Positions 16,221 to 26,010 of a stretch of DNA of 39,794 nucleotides are shown here, one piece after another. The notes beneath the pieces were generated by a model, which was given only the letters and a program-made list of their open reading frames with translations, was not told the origin of the DNA and did no database searches. The stretch comes from a virus. Position numbers and translations under genes: made by a program. The stretch is taken from the UHGV virus genome UHGV-0220445; one strand, 5' to 3'. Positions within the stretch are counted from its first letter, which is position 1. Every line of letters begins with the position of its first letter.

Positions 16221-17476
16221 TGGCAATCCCGTCCTCGCTCAGTCTTGTGCAACTGCATTCTGGACAGATGAAAGTCTTCCAGTCTCCGCATCGATTTAAA
16301 GTTGTTTGTGCTGGTCGACGCTGGGGAAAATCCCGGTTGTCGATCTCCACTATTATTCGTGCGGCGGCAAAGGAAAAAAAGCAAAGAGTCTGGTATGTCG
16401 CTCCTACTTACCAGATGGCTCGCCAGATTTTGTGGGACGATCTACAGGAAGTTCTGCCTCGTAAGTGGGTTAGGAAAAAGAACGACACCACGATGACAAT
16501 CGTGTTGAAGAACGGTTCGGAGATCGCCCTCAAAGGTGCTGATAAGCCTGACACTCTGCGCGGCGTAGCGTTGCATTTTGTAGTGCTTGATGAATTTCAG
16601 GATATGAAGGCTGACACCTGGTACAAGGTGTTACGACCTACTCTTTCATCGACACGCGGCGGTGCACTGATCATTGGTACGCCAAAAGGCTTCTCGGAAT
16701 TTCACAAACTGTGGACTATAGGCCAGAACGTAGAGCTGCAAAGAAAGGGACAGTGGAAGAGCTGGCAGTTTGTAACTGCCGATTCTCCGTTTGTACCTAC
16801 GGCGGAAATTGAAGCTGCTAAGAACGATATGGACCCGAAATCGTTCGCTCAGGAGTACCTGGCGAGCTTTGAGAACATGTCCGGGCGCGTTTACTACCCG
16901 TTCGATCGTAACGTGCATGTAAAACCGCTTCAGTTCAACCCTCGGTTGCCTATATGGGTAGGGCAGGACTTCAACATTGACCCGATGTCTTCAGTAATTT
17001 TGCAACCTCAGCCAAATGGTGAGCTATGGGCAATTGATGAATTGGTGCTCTTTTCCTCTAACACGGCAGAGGTTTGTGATGAGCTTGAGAGACGCTTCTG
17101 GCGCTGGAAATCACAGATAACGGTATTTCCAGATCCGGCAGGTGCTTATCGCCAACATGCTCGCGGGGAGTCTGACGTCGACATATTCAAAGAGAAGGGA
17201 TTCTTACGTGTCGATTATTCGAAAAAGCACCCGCCAATTGCGGATCGTGTTAATGCTGTTAACCGAATGCTGATGACCGCATCTGGAGATATCCGGCTGT
17301 ATATCGATCCGAAGTGCAAGCATTTGATTGATTCACTGGAAAAAGTCATCTACAAGCCTGGAACACGAGATATGGATAAGACAGGTGGCATTGAGCATAG
17401 TGCAGACGCATTGGGCTATCCAGTACATCGTAGGTATCCAGTCAAAAACCGTGTTATTCTTGGTGGTTCTCGATAG
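16220..17476 (+). CDS. Terminase large subunit
   Basis: Walker A VVCAGRRWGKS, Walker B FVVLDEFQD; followed by portal. Confidence 0.85.
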   Translation: MAIPSSLSLVQLHSGQMKVFQSPHRFKVVCAGRRWGKSRLSISTIIRAAAKEKKQRVWYVAPTYQMARQILWDDLQEVLPRKWVRKKNDTTMTIVLKNGSEIALKGADKPDTLRGVALHFVVLDEFQDMKADTWYKVLRPTLSSTRGGALIIGTPKGFSEFHKLWTIGQNVELQRKGQWKSWQFVTADSPFVPTAEIEAAKNDMDPKSFAQEYLASFENMSGRVYYPFDRNVHVKPLQFNPRLPIWVGQDFNIDPMSSVILQPQPNGELWAIDELVLFSSNTAEVCDELERRFWRWKSQITVFPDPAGAYRQHARGESDVDIFKEKGFLRVDYSKKHPPIADRVNAVNRMLMTASGDIRLYIDPKCKHLIDSLEKVIYKPGTRDMDKTGGIEHSADALGYPVHRRYPVKNRVILGGSR

Positions 17477-17492
17477 GTAAGTAATTATCTAA
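17475..17492. promoter_or_regulatory. Late-type motif taGGTAAGTAATTATCTA upstream of portal
   Basis: Near-identical to the motif at 20897-20914. Confidence 0.45.
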
Positions 17493-17502
17493 GGTTATTC
17501 AA

Positions 17503-19077
17503 ATGGAATTGAACGACAAACAAATTAAGGATCTGGTGGCGCGACGCCACCCGGAATACGAAAAGAAAAAAGAACATTGGGACTTCCTCGCCAGCACTTA
17601 CGCTGGCGGGCGTGGTTGGTTTACAGACAATATCTTTCGTTACTTTAAAGAGGGAGATCAGGAGTTTAAGGAGCGAGTTGAACGTGCTTATCGCTTCAAC
17701 CACACTCGTGAGGTGGTAAACCTCATCAACAAATATCTCTTTAAAGAAGACATTCATAGAAATATCGAAGAGGCACCAGAGCAGATCCGCAATTTCTGGA
17801 AACGTGCGACTCGCCAGAATGCCTCTATTGACTCATTTATGGCCGCTATTGATTTGCAGTCGTCTATTTACGGTCGCATATGGGTTGTTGTCGATAGCAC
17901 GATGAGTGGTGATGTTGAGTCAGTAGCTGACGAGAAAAAGAAAGATGCTCGCGCCTACGCCTACTGGATTTCACCTCAGCAAATGCTGGATGTGGCATGG
18001 GACGACGACGGGAATATGTTGTGGGCGTTAATTGTGGAAGTCGCTCGTGATGACGCAGATCCTTTTACTTCTACAGGTCAGGAATACCAACGTTATCGTC
18101 TGTGGACACAAAACGAGTGGTATCTGTTCCGTGAGGAAGTGAAGAAGGGCGCTGGTGGAGCAGGTCGCCGTCAGGCAAAAGTTATTTTAGAGGATAGCGG
18201 TGAGCATAATCTCGGCGTAGTTCCTGTGTTTCCTGTTGATTGTATTGGAGAAAGTGAATCACCGTATTTCAGCCCATCGTTGATCGATGATATCGCTTAT
18301 CTTGATCGTGCGGTTGCAAACTATCTGTCAAACCTTGATGCCATTATTCAGGATCAGACATTTAGCCAGTTGGCTATACCGGTACAGTCGCTTTTACCTG
18401 GTGATGAAAACCACACTAAAGTGCTTGAAATGGGCACAAAGCGAGTCTTCACCTACGATTCTGAAGGCGGAAACCAGCCGTTTTATCTGTCACCAGACCC
18501 GAAACAAGCTCAGATGATCATCACTACGATTAAGACGGTGATTAACGAAATCTACCATTCAGTTGGTGTAGCTGGTGAGCGAACGAAGCAGGACAACGCA
18601 CAGGGAATCGATAATTCATCTGGTGCCGCAAAAATGTATGACTTCCAGCGTGTAAATAGCTTGCTTGTCACAAAAGCAGAGCGTCTGGAAAGGGCTGAAC
18701 GCCAAATCATGCTACTGGTTGCGAAATGGATGGGGGCAGATCTGGACGAAGACCACTCTTTAATTGCGTATCCAGAAAGTTTCGATATTCGTGGCCTTAC
18801 TGATGAATTTTCTGTTGCCGAGAAACTGTCATTACTTCAGGCACCGGACTCTGTACGTCGTCACCAGATGGAAATGCTTATTGAGAAGATTTTCCCGAAC
18901 ATTACTGAGGCGATGAAAAAGGAATTTGATAAAGATCTCTTGAATTTTCCTCCAAAAAATGATCTAAATACCCTTGAAAATAAGTCAGTACTTACTTATG
19001 ATCGTGGTACGGCCCAAGAAAGCGGGCAAGATCAACCCCGAGGGAATGGGGACTCATCTACTCAAGAGAACGAGTGA
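17503..19077 (+). CDS. Portal protein (524 aa)
   Basis: Size and position between terminase and scaffold. Confidence 0.7.
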   Translation: MELNDKQIKDLVARRHPEYEKKKEHWDFLASTYAGGRGWFTDNIFRYFKEGDQEFKERVERAYRFNHTREVVNLINKYLFKEDIHRNIEEAPEQIRNFWKRATRQNASIDSFMAAIDLQSSIYGRIWVVVDSTMSGDVESVADEKKKDARAYAYWISPQQMLDVAWDDDGNMLWALIVEVARDDADPFTSTGQEYQRYRLWTQNEWYLFREEVKKGAGGAGRRQAKVILEDSGEHNLGVVPVFPVDCIGESESPYFSPSLIDDIAYLDRAVANYLSNLDAIIQDQTFSQLAIPVQSLLPGDENHTKVLEMGTKRVFTYDSEGGNQPFYLSPDPKQAQMIITTIKTVINEIYHSVGVAGERTKQDNAQGIDNSSGAAKMYDFQRVNSLLVTKAERLERAERQIMLLVAKWMGADLDEDHSLIAYPESFDIRGLTDEFSVAEKLSLLQAPDSVRRHQMEMLIEKIFPNITEAMKKEFDKDLLNFPPKNDLNTLENKSVLTYDRGTAQESGQDQPRGNGDSSTQENE

Positions 19078-19098
19078 TAAGTAACAAAAGGAATTTTT

Positions 19099-19986
19099 AT
19101 GAATCTGTGGCAAATGCTTTTGGCCCGTCGTGGTCTGATGGATGTCGCTGAAGCGCATGAGCGTGGAGGCGCTGGCGGTGTAGCTGCTGATAATGAGCAG
19201 AGTACACAAGATCCTGACAAACAGGGTGAACAAAAAGAGCAGCCGAAGGGCGATGACGAATACGCTGGCATGACTCAGGAAGAGTTACTGGCCGAACTTC
19301 GTAAAACCAAGAAAGCTGGTGCTGAACTGCTGAAGGAGAACATGAAGCGCAAAGAGAAAGAGCGCACATTGGCCGATCAGCTTGCTCAGTACGGTGATAT
19401 CGATCCGGCTCGTGCTCGCCAGCTTTTAGAAGCTGAACAGGCCGCAGAAAACGCACGTCGTGAGGCGGAGCAAGCTGAACTGGAGCGTCGTGGTGAGTTC
19501 GATGCTGTTAAAAAACAGATGATCGAAGCACACCAGGCAGAGCTGGCACAGCGTGACGAACGTTATGCAGCACTGGAAAGTGAAAACGCATCACTGAAAT
19601 CTCAATTAGTCGAGATGACCGTGGGCGCTTCCTTCAGTAACTCTCTCTTCCTACGTGACAAAGTTCTGATGACCCCGGCAAAAGCCCGCGTGATCTACGG
19701 TTCTCATTTTGAAGTGGGTGAAGACGGTAGCGTAGTGGGTTATGACAAACCGGCAGGTCACAAAGAACGAGCTGTTCTGGTTGACGGTGAAGGTAAGCCG
19801 TTGCCGTTTGAATCCGCGATTGAACGCATTGTGCGGGCAGATCCGGAAGCTGACGCATTGATGCGTAGCGAAGCCAAGCAGGGTGTAGGCTCACATTCCA
19901 AATCGACCTACACAATATCCCAACCGAAGAACAAGTCGACTATGGATAAGTTGGCCTCCGGTCTGGGGAAAATTGGACTTAAGTAA
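19099..19986 (+). CDS. Scaffolding protein
   Basis: Charged, Ala/Glu/Arg-rich coiled-coil-like sequence immediately upstream of major capsid gene. Confidence 0.55.
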   Translation: MNLWQMLLARRGLMDVAEAHERGGAGGVAADNEQSTQDPDKQGEQKEQPKGDDEYAGMTQEELLAELRKTKKAGAELLKENMKRKEKERTLADQLAQYGDIDPARARQLLEAEQAAENARREAEQAELERRGEFDAVKKQMIEAHQAELAQRDERYAALESENASLKSQLVEMTVGASFSNSLFLRDKVLMTPAKARVIYGSHFEVGEDGSVVGYDKPAGHKERAVLVDGEGKPLPFESAIERIVRADPEADALMRSEAKQGVGSHSKSTYTISQPKNKSTMDKLASGLGKIGLK

Positions 19987-20011
19987 CATCTAAATCAAAG
20001 GGAATTGATAG

Positions 20012-20887
20012 ATGCCATTACTGCGTGAAGAAGCTGAAAAGCTGTCTAACAACGAACTTGAACAGGGTGTGATCGAAACTATCATCGATCGCGATGACCT
20101 GTTTGCCATCCTGCCTTTTATGAAAATTAATTCAAAGGCATATCTGTACAACCGTGAAAAAACGCTGAGTGAAGCTACCTTCATCGACGTTAACGACACC
20201 ATCCCTGAAGGTGCAGCAACCTTCGAAGAATGCGTTGCGAAACTGCGTATTCTGGCTGGTGACGTAGACGTTGATAAATTCCTGGCGACCACTATGGCCG
20301 ACACCAACAACCAGTTGGCTATTCAGGTTCGTCAGAAAGTTAAAGGTCTGGCTCGTGCGTTCCGTCGCAACCTGATTTTGGGTGACTCCAGCTCCAACAC
20401 CAAAGCGTTCGACGGCATTCCACGCCTGATGCACGCAGATCAGAAGATCGATATCGCCGGTGCATCTATGACTTTCTCTATGTTCGACGAACTGGTCGAT
20501 GCGGTGAAAGATCTTGGTGCTGACTGCATCATGATGCGTTCAGAGCACCTGCGTGCTTACCGTGCGCTGCTGCGTACAGTAAACGTAGGTCCGTCTGAAA
20601 TCATGATGGAGAACTTCGGTCGTCCGATGCTGTGTCATAACGGCGTTCCGTTCATCATCAACGACTTCATCCCGACCGATTCTGGCAAAGCAAGCATCTA
20701 CTGCCTGCATCTGTCAGAAGAGAACGGCGTTACTGGTCTGTATGGCGGCGACAACGCAGGTATCGTTGTTGAAAACATTGGTACTGTACAGAACAAAGAC
20801 GCAGTACGTACCCGTGTGAAGTGGTACTGCTCTCTGGCGAATAAGCACGATAAGGCTATCGCTGCACTGACCAATGTAAAAATTTAA
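20012..20887 (+). CDS. Major capsid protein (291 aa)
   Basis: Position after scaffold; followed by late motif and strong terminator. Confidence 0.75.
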   Translation: MPLLREEAEKLSNNELEQGVIETIIDRDDLFAILPFMKINSKAYLYNREKTLSEATFIDVNDTIPEGAATFEECVAKLRILAGDVDVDKFLATTMADTNNQLAIQVRQKVKGLARAFRRNLILGDSSSNTKAFDGIPRLMHADQKIDIAGASMTFSMFDELVDAVKDLGADCIMMRSEHLRAYRALLRTVNVGPSEIMMENFGRPMLCHNGVPFIINDFIPTDSGKASIYCLHLSEENGVTGLYGGDNAGIVVENIGTVQNKDAVRTRVKWYCSLANKHDKAIAALTNVKI

Positions 20888-20896
20888 TCAGTGAAG

Positions 20897-20914
20897 TAGA
20901 TAAGTAATTATCTA
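20897..20914. promoter_or_regulatory. Late-type palindrome TAGATAA-gtaa-TTATCTA
   Basis: Palindrome family. Confidence 0.45.
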
Positions 20915-20919
20915 TGTTA

Positions 20920-20947
20920 AAGGGTGGGCTATACGCCCACCCTTTTT
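20920..20947 (+). terminator. Intrinsic terminator after capsid gene (gggtgggc-tatac-gcccaccc + TTTTT)
   Basis: 8-bp GC stem plus T5. Confidence 0.7.
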
Positions 20948-20960
20948 GTAGGAGCGAGAA

Positions 20961-21881
20961 ATGCCAGAACAAAAGATGAAGATTACGGAAGAGGCATTTT
21001 CGGATTTTACGGGGCATATGTGCCGTGCCGGATTTACCAATTCTATCTCCGATGAACCTTTAACAGAGCGACAACAAAGTCAGCTATCTGCTTGTTTGCA
21101 GGCGGTTCCCTTCTCCCAATCCGTAAACATAACCCCGGCTTCACCGTCAGTTTTGGTTGGGAAAACTGTTCAACTTAGTGCAGGTATTACTATGGGTAAG
21201 AGTGCCAGTTCATTCACCTGGAAGTCAGCCAATGATCAAATTGCAACCGTCAACGGCACTGGATTAGTAACTGGCGTAGCACCAGGCAAAGTGAAAATTA
21301 CCGCAACTGATCAGGAAACCCAGCTTTCCGCGTCAGTGGAAGTCACCGTAAATCCGGTAGCCGTTCAATCCGTAACGGTAACGCCAGACTCAACCTCTGT
21401 TGAGAAAGGGAAATCAGTCAGTCTGAAAGCGAATGTTCAGCCGTCAAATGCGACGAATAAGGCAGTTACCTGGTCTTCCAAAAATAAAGACAAGGCAACG
21501 GTAGACCAGAGCGGGAACGTTACTGGTGTAGAAGTTGGCACTGCGACGATTGAGATCGTTTCCCAAGATGGCAGCAAAAAGGCAACTGCAACGGTGGAAG
21601 TAACTGCGCCTGTTGTGGCTGTTACCGGCGTCGAAATCGACCCAAATAGCACAACCGTTGAGGCAAACAAAACTGTTCAGCTGACCGCAAATGTCGAGCC
21701 GGCAGGAGCAACAAATAAAACCGTTACTTGGGAATCCAAAAATACCGAGTTTGCAACGGTGGATAGCGAAACAGGTGTTGTAACTGGCGTTGCGGCTGGT
21801 ACTGCCACAATCGAGGTTACTACCCAAGATGGTAGCCACAAAGCGACAGCGACCGTAGAAGTCACTGCTGCACAGGAATAA
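20961..21881 (+). CDS. Protein with tandem bacterial Ig-like (BIG2-type) domains, likely capsid decoration
   Basis: Four repeats of pattern V.V.P...TV..G.TVQLTA.V.P..ATNK.VTW.S.N...ATVD..G.VTGV..G.ATI. Confidence 0.65.
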   Translation: MPEQKMKITEEAFSDFTGHMCRAGFTNSISDEPLTERQQSQLSACLQAVPFSQSVNITPASPSVLVGKTVQLSAGITMGKSASSFTWKSANDQIATVNGTGLVTGVAPGKVKITATDQETQLSASVEVTVNPVAVQSVTVTPDSTSVEKGKSVSLKANVQPSNATNKAVTWSSKNKDKATVDQSGNVTGVEVGTATIEIVSQDGSKKATATVEVTAPVVAVTGVEIDPNSTTVEANKTVQLTANVEPAGATNKTVTWESKNTEFATVDSETGVVTGVAAGTATIEVTTQDGSHKATATVEVTAAQE

Positions 21882-21925
21882 TCAATATTGGGCGGCGAAA
21901 GCCGCCCATGTAGAGAGAATGCGTT

Positions 21926-22360
21926 ATGAAACCAGCAAAAATTGTTTTATTAGAACCGCAATTTTCCGGTTATTCGGGAATGTTGTGCGGCGTTCAGTTC
22001 GAGAACGGGGTGTCCGTAGCGGAGTTGCCTTTTATCGATCAGCAAAGGATTTGTGCCTCAATGCGAGCATCAACAGTCGAGGGCAAAAATGTTTCTCCGT
22101 CTGCCGCATACAGTGATCGTGGCGAGTTGACCGCAGACCTGATTACCGAGCCAGCAGCACCTGACATTGTGCCAATGAAACGTGGGACACCAGATGAACC
22201 GGCCAAACAGATCCAGACTTTCACACGAGAAGAGTTGGAGTCAATTGCAGACAATGAAGGCATTGCCGGTCTACGTGTGATTGGTAATCAGGTTGGTGTC
22301 AAAGCGAAAGGAATTGTCGAGATGATTGAAGGCATCCTGAAAGCACAAGGCGGTGAGTAA
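21926..22360 (+). CDS. Hypothetical head/neck module protein (144 aa)
   Basis: ORF track; position in structural module. Confidence 0.45.
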   Translation: MKPAKIVLLEPQFSGYSGMLCGVQFENGVSVAELPFIDQQRICASMRASTVEGKNVSPSAAYSDRGELTADLITEPAAPDIVPMKRGTPDEPAKQIQTFTREELESIADNEGIAGLRVIGNQVGVKAKGIVEMIEGILKAQGGE

Positions 22361-23193
22361 TGGCGCAGATCGACTCGTATCGTAGCGGTGAAGCTGTTTC
22401 CCTTTCATTTGCCTTCAACGTGCTGGATATCGAATCTGCTACCTACACAGTAAAGGACAGCACCGGGGCTATTCTCGTTGATGGAGAGCCGCTAGAAATT
22501 ACCAGCGGTCAAATGTCGATTCCGGTTGTCGTGTCGGCTGAATATAACCAGCTCTCTGAGAAAGAGCGAGATCTGCGGTACGTCATTGTGAAGGCTGTTG
22601 CATCGGGTCTGACGCATGAAGAGCGGCAAATGTATGTTCTGCTGAATAGTTTTGAACTGTCGATACCAGAACAGTCGTTTGCAACTGTCGCTGATGCTCA
22701 AATGCAGGCGATCGATATGCTGAATGGGGACACTTTGCTGTCGGATGGTGAAGGCTTAATGCGCAAGCGTCTCATTGAGGCTACCAGACGAATTAAAACT
22801 TTACCGTTCTCAATCCGCAAAATTCTACGTATCGACTTTGACCGATACGATCGCCCTCAAAATATGCTGAATGTGTATGACATTCCGTGGGGAGCAGATG
22901 GAGCGTACCGGCATGATTTAGTCGATTGGGAAAAGATGACGCAGGAGAAGTTTGAAGAGTTCCCTGACTACTTCAAAGAAGCGTTGATGCTTGCCGTTGT
23001 CAACGAAGCGTGTGAGATCGCAAATGGCAATGATGTTGCCGCAGCACGAGAGGATGGCATTTTGTCAGAGTCAATCGGTGAAACAACCAACATGTACCGT
23101 ACCGGTAAAGCTGCAAACGTGCATGTGGCTCGCAGTACCTGGCGCTTGCTGGTCAGTTACATCAACAACCGTATGATTGTTCGCCGTGCGTAA
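22360..23193 (+). CDS. Hypothetical structural module protein (277 aa)
   Basis: ORF track; start overlaps upstream stop. Confidence 0.45.
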   Translation: MAQIDSYRSGEAVSLSFAFNVLDIESATYTVKDSTGAILVDGEPLEITSGQMSIPVVVSAEYNQLSEKERDLRYVIVKAVASGLTHEERQMYVLLNSFELSIPEQSFATVADAQMQAIDMLNGDTLLSDGEGLMRKRLIEATRRIKTLPFSIRKILRIDFDRYDRPQNMLNVYDIPWGADGAYRHDLVDWEKMTQEKFEEFPDYFKEALMLAVVNEACEIANGNDVAAAREDGILSESIGETTNMYRTGKAANVHVARSTWRLLVSYINNRMIVRRA

Positions 23194-23272
23194 CGCCAGT
23201 CGCATTATTTACTTTTGGTCTAAAGGGTTTTTGGCCAGTAATGAGAGCGACCGACAACAACAGGGAGAGAGC

Positions 23273-23617
23273 ATGAATATTTCATGGCAAACAGAAATTG
23301 CGATCTACCGCTTTGGCGCAAAGAACGTTTACGGTGAGGCGCAATTACAATTCGTCAGGAAGACGAATGTCGGCGTGGTTAAGTTCGAACAGAGTAATGA
23401 GAAATCGTCAGTTCGTGCTGATAGCTCTGGTAGTCGTGGTAAGGCGAGTCTGGAGCTGTTTGATGCTGTGTTAGTTGTCCCTTTAGAAGCGGCTGTACAA
23501 CTTGATGATGTGCTGATCCTTGAAGGTCAAAAATTAAAGGTGTCCAGTGTTCATCGCCGCTGGGGGCTACGAGGAAGACCTGGGCATCTTGAAGTAGGGG
23601 CGAATATATGGGTCTGA
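23273..23617 (+). CDS. Hypothetical head-tail joining module protein (~114 aa)
   Basis: ORF track (23177..23617); ATG 23273 follows SD gggagag. Confidence 0.4.
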   Translation: MNISWQTEIAIYRFGAKNVYGEAQLQFVRKTNVGVVKFEQSNEKSSVRADSSGSRGKASLELFDAVLVVPLEAAVQLDDVLILEGQKLKVSSVHRRWGLRGRPGHLEVGANIWV

Positions 23618-24081
23618 AATACGATGCGCATCAGTTCAAACGTGCGGGGAATCGACTCAACAACAGCCAGAAAGCATTTAAGCGATATCTTATCCGGGAC
23701 ATGGAAAAGCTGGCGCGTTTGGTTGAGCGTCTCAGCCGTGCAATGGCCCCGCTGGAAACCGGATCTCTGGAGACAGCCATCTTTGCCAGGGTGATTAAAG
23801 AAGGTTATTCAGGGCTGCGTATTGAGCTTTCTGTGTCTGGAGCAAAACCACGTCAGGGGCATCCGGGCGTAGAAGTAGGTGACTATGCTAAGTACATGGA
23901 GCTGGGTAAATACCGACTCGGTTATCTTTCTCGAATGAAGAACGTGACAAACCCACCAATTGCCGGTGTTAAACCCCGTGTTGGGCCACACTTTCTGGAA
24001 AGAGCGGTGGAAATTAGCGAGAAGCAGTTCTCAGAAGCGATTCTTGAGGCTGCCAGAAAAGCCGGATTTACGAGAGGTTAA
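23608..24081 (+). CDS. Hypothetical neck/tail module protein (157 aa)
   Basis: ORF track; start overlaps upstream gene. Confidence 0.45.
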   Translation: MGLKYDAHQFKRAGNRLNNSQKAFKRYLIRDMEKLARLVERLSRAMAPLETGSLETAIFARVIKEGYSGLRIELSVSGAKPRQGHPGVEVGDYAKYMELGKYRLGYLSRMKNVTNPPIAGVKPRVGPHFLERAVEISEKQFSEAILEAARKAGFTRG

Positions 24082-24082
24082 T

Positions 24083-24466
24083 GTGTTTATTGAAGCGTTT
24101 GCAAGTTTGATGCAGAAGGCAAAGATTGGCACGGTCGGGACTGACATTTTCTGTCACTACTTGCCTGCCAATGTGAAATCTGGCGTCCTGCTTATTAACC
24201 CAAATACCGGCATCAGCATCGATCATGAGCTACAGGGCTTTTATCACGAATCATTCACAATCATTGTGCGTGGTTCGTCAATTACTACGACGGTTGAGAA
24301 AGCCAATAAAATCATTGAGATGTTTCCAGTAGAGGAAACGGAATCTGGTGGTGTTTATTTTCGACTGGTACGACCGATGGCGATGCCAATCATTTATCCC
24401 AAAAATGATGGAGCATTAATAGAAGCAGGCATTCCAGTTGAATTTGCTGGCTATTTATTGAATTAA
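24083..24466 (+). CDS. Hypothetical tail completion-type protein (~127 aa)
   Basis: ORF track (23960..24466); GTG 24083 follows SD gagagg. Confidence 0.4.
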   Translation: MFIEAFASLMQKAKIGTVGTDIFCHYLPANVKSGVLLINPNTGISIDHELQGFYHESFTIIVRGSSITTTVEKANKIIEMFPVEETESGGVYFRLVRPMAMPIIYPKNDGALIEAGIPVEFAGYLLN

Positions 24467-24474
24467 GTTAATCG

Positions 24475-24490
24475 GTAAGTATATACTTAC
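24475..24490. promoter_or_regulatory. Perfect 16-bp palindrome GTAAGTATATACTTAC upstream of major tail gene
   Basis: Self-complementary; late-type family. Confidence 0.5.
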
Positions 24491-24540
24491 TGTTAGCGCA
24501 ATGAATGCGTAGAATTAACGGAAAAAGGAGTTTTCCATCA

Positions 24541-25287
24541 ATGTCTAATACCCATGTAAAAAACATCAAACTTGGTGCCTGTAAGGTGTCGTTTGGTGGT
24601 GTGGATTTGGGTTACACCAAAGGTGGTGTTCAGGTTGAAGTAGCCACTGAAACGCTGAAAGTCACCGTCGATCAGTTGGGGCAGACCGTAATTTCCGAAT
24701 TAGTTCAGGGGCGCAACATTACCATCACCGCGCCTCTGGCTGAGTCTGTACTCCAAAACATGGTTGACCTGATGCCTGGTTCTACTCTGAGCGAAGATGA
24801 CAACTCTGTCACGATCACATCTGCACAGGGCGTTAACCTGATTGATGTGGCGAAGGAGCTGGTTCTGACTCCGCAGGACACCACCGACTATGTGTTGACC
24901 ATCCCGAAAGCGGCAACCGCGGGCAACTTCACTATGACCTACCAGTCTGATGATGTTCGTGTGTTCTCTGTTCAGTTCAGCGCATACCCGGATGATGAAG
25001 GCGTTCTGGGCAAAATGAGCGGTCCTAAACCGGTAAAAACTGTGTCGATCTCACCGGAATCTCCAACCGTAAAAGCTGGAGAAACTGTGCAACTGACAGC
25101 CGAAATCACTCCAGCTGATGCCGCAGACAAAACCGGTGTTTGGGAATCCGAAGACCAGGAAAAGGCCACGGTAGATCAAACGGGTCTGGTACGTGGTGTG
25201 GCGCAGGGTTCTACAAATATCTCCTTCACCAGCAATAGCGGTGGTAAGAAGGCAACTAAGTCAGTAACGATTAACCCCGCAGATTAA
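24541..25287 (+). CDS. Major tail protein with C-terminal Ig-like domain
   Basis: Position before G/T chaperone and tape measure; C-terminus has the same BIG2-like pattern as 20961..21881. Confidence 0.7.
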   Translation: MSNTHVKNIKLGACKVSFGGVDLGYTKGGVQVEVATETLKVTVDQLGQTVISELVQGRNITITAPLAESVLQNMVDLMPGSTLSEDDNSVTITSAQGVNLIDVAKELVLTPQDTTDYVLTIPKAATAGNFTMTYQSDDVRVFSVQFSAYPDDEGVLGKMSGPKPVKTVSISPESPTVKAGETVQLTAEITPADAADKTGVWESEDQEKATVDQTGLVRGVAQGSTNISFTSNSGGKKATKSVTINPAD

Positions 25288-25300
25288 TCAGTAATTAAGC

Positions 25301-25327
25301 AGAGGCTCAGGATGGGCCTCTCTTTTA
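25301..25327 (+). terminator. Terminator-like hairpin after major tail gene (agaggc ... gcctct + CTTTT)
   Basis: Stem-loop plus T-run. Confidence 0.5.
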
Positions 25328-25342
25328 AAAGGATTTTAACCA

Positions 25343-25660
25343 ATGACCAAATTACTCGATCTCGATTCCATTCTGCCTCCGAAGAAAAGCATCAAATTTG
25401 GCGGTCAGGAATATCCCATCGTTGAAATGACGGTAGGTCTGTTCGTTTCCATCAAGCAGATGGAAGGCAAAGATCTCATGAACATGTCTCCTGTTGAGCA
25501 AGTGACAGCTTATGCAGATCTGGTTCGTAAGGTTATCCCTTCAGTACCTGACGAAGTTCTTGAAAAACTGACTGTTCCGCAACTCCAGCAGATCTTCACC
25601 TTCGCTATGGAAGTGATTGATGAAGAAAACGAAAAAGCGGCTGGCGAAGGGGCAAAGTAA
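25343..25660 (+). CDS. Tail assembly chaperone (gpG-like)
   Basis: Size (105 aa), acidic C-terminus, directly upstream of tape measure. Confidence 0.6.
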   Translation: MTKLLDLDSILPPKKSIKFGGQEYPIVEMTVGLFVSIKQMEGKDLMNMSPVEQVTAYADLVRKVIPSVPDEVLEKLTVPQLQQIFTFAMEVIDEENEKAAGEGAK

Positions 25661-26010
25661 TTTCCCGCGATGAATCCGGGACAAGGACCGTCTCAATAGA
25701 TCTCGGATTCTATTTCAGTCGTGTAGTTGCTCACTACGCCGTGTCGCCATTAGAGCTACTGAACGTTCCTCTCACGATGTTCTGGATGCTCAGTCGCAAT
25801 ATAGACCGTCTGCGTGCGGAAGAGGATGTCCGCAACTTACAAGTCGCTCGTGCGTCCCAGGCGGATGGCGAGGCTGTGAAGGCGTTCATGGAGGGTTTGC
25901 AACTCAGGATTGGAAGACCAGTCGTAACAGATAAAGTCTACGATCCAAGCCAGGATAAGGCAGACCCTGACGCCAAAGAGCAACTGATGCAAATATTTGG
26001 CAGAGGATGA
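25624..26010 (+). CDS. gpT-like -1 frame extension, putative G-T frameshift product
   Basis: -1 frame is open from 25624 and overlaps the last 12 codons of gene G; ORF track lists 25741..26010; no canonical slippery heptamer found. Confidence 0.35.
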   Translation, partial: RKRKSGWRRGKVISRDESGTRTVSIDLGFYFSRVVAHYAVSPLELLNVPLTMFWMLSRNIDRLRAEEDVRNLQVARASQADGEAVKAFMEGLQLRIGRPVVTDKVYDPSQDKADPDAKEQLMQIFGRG

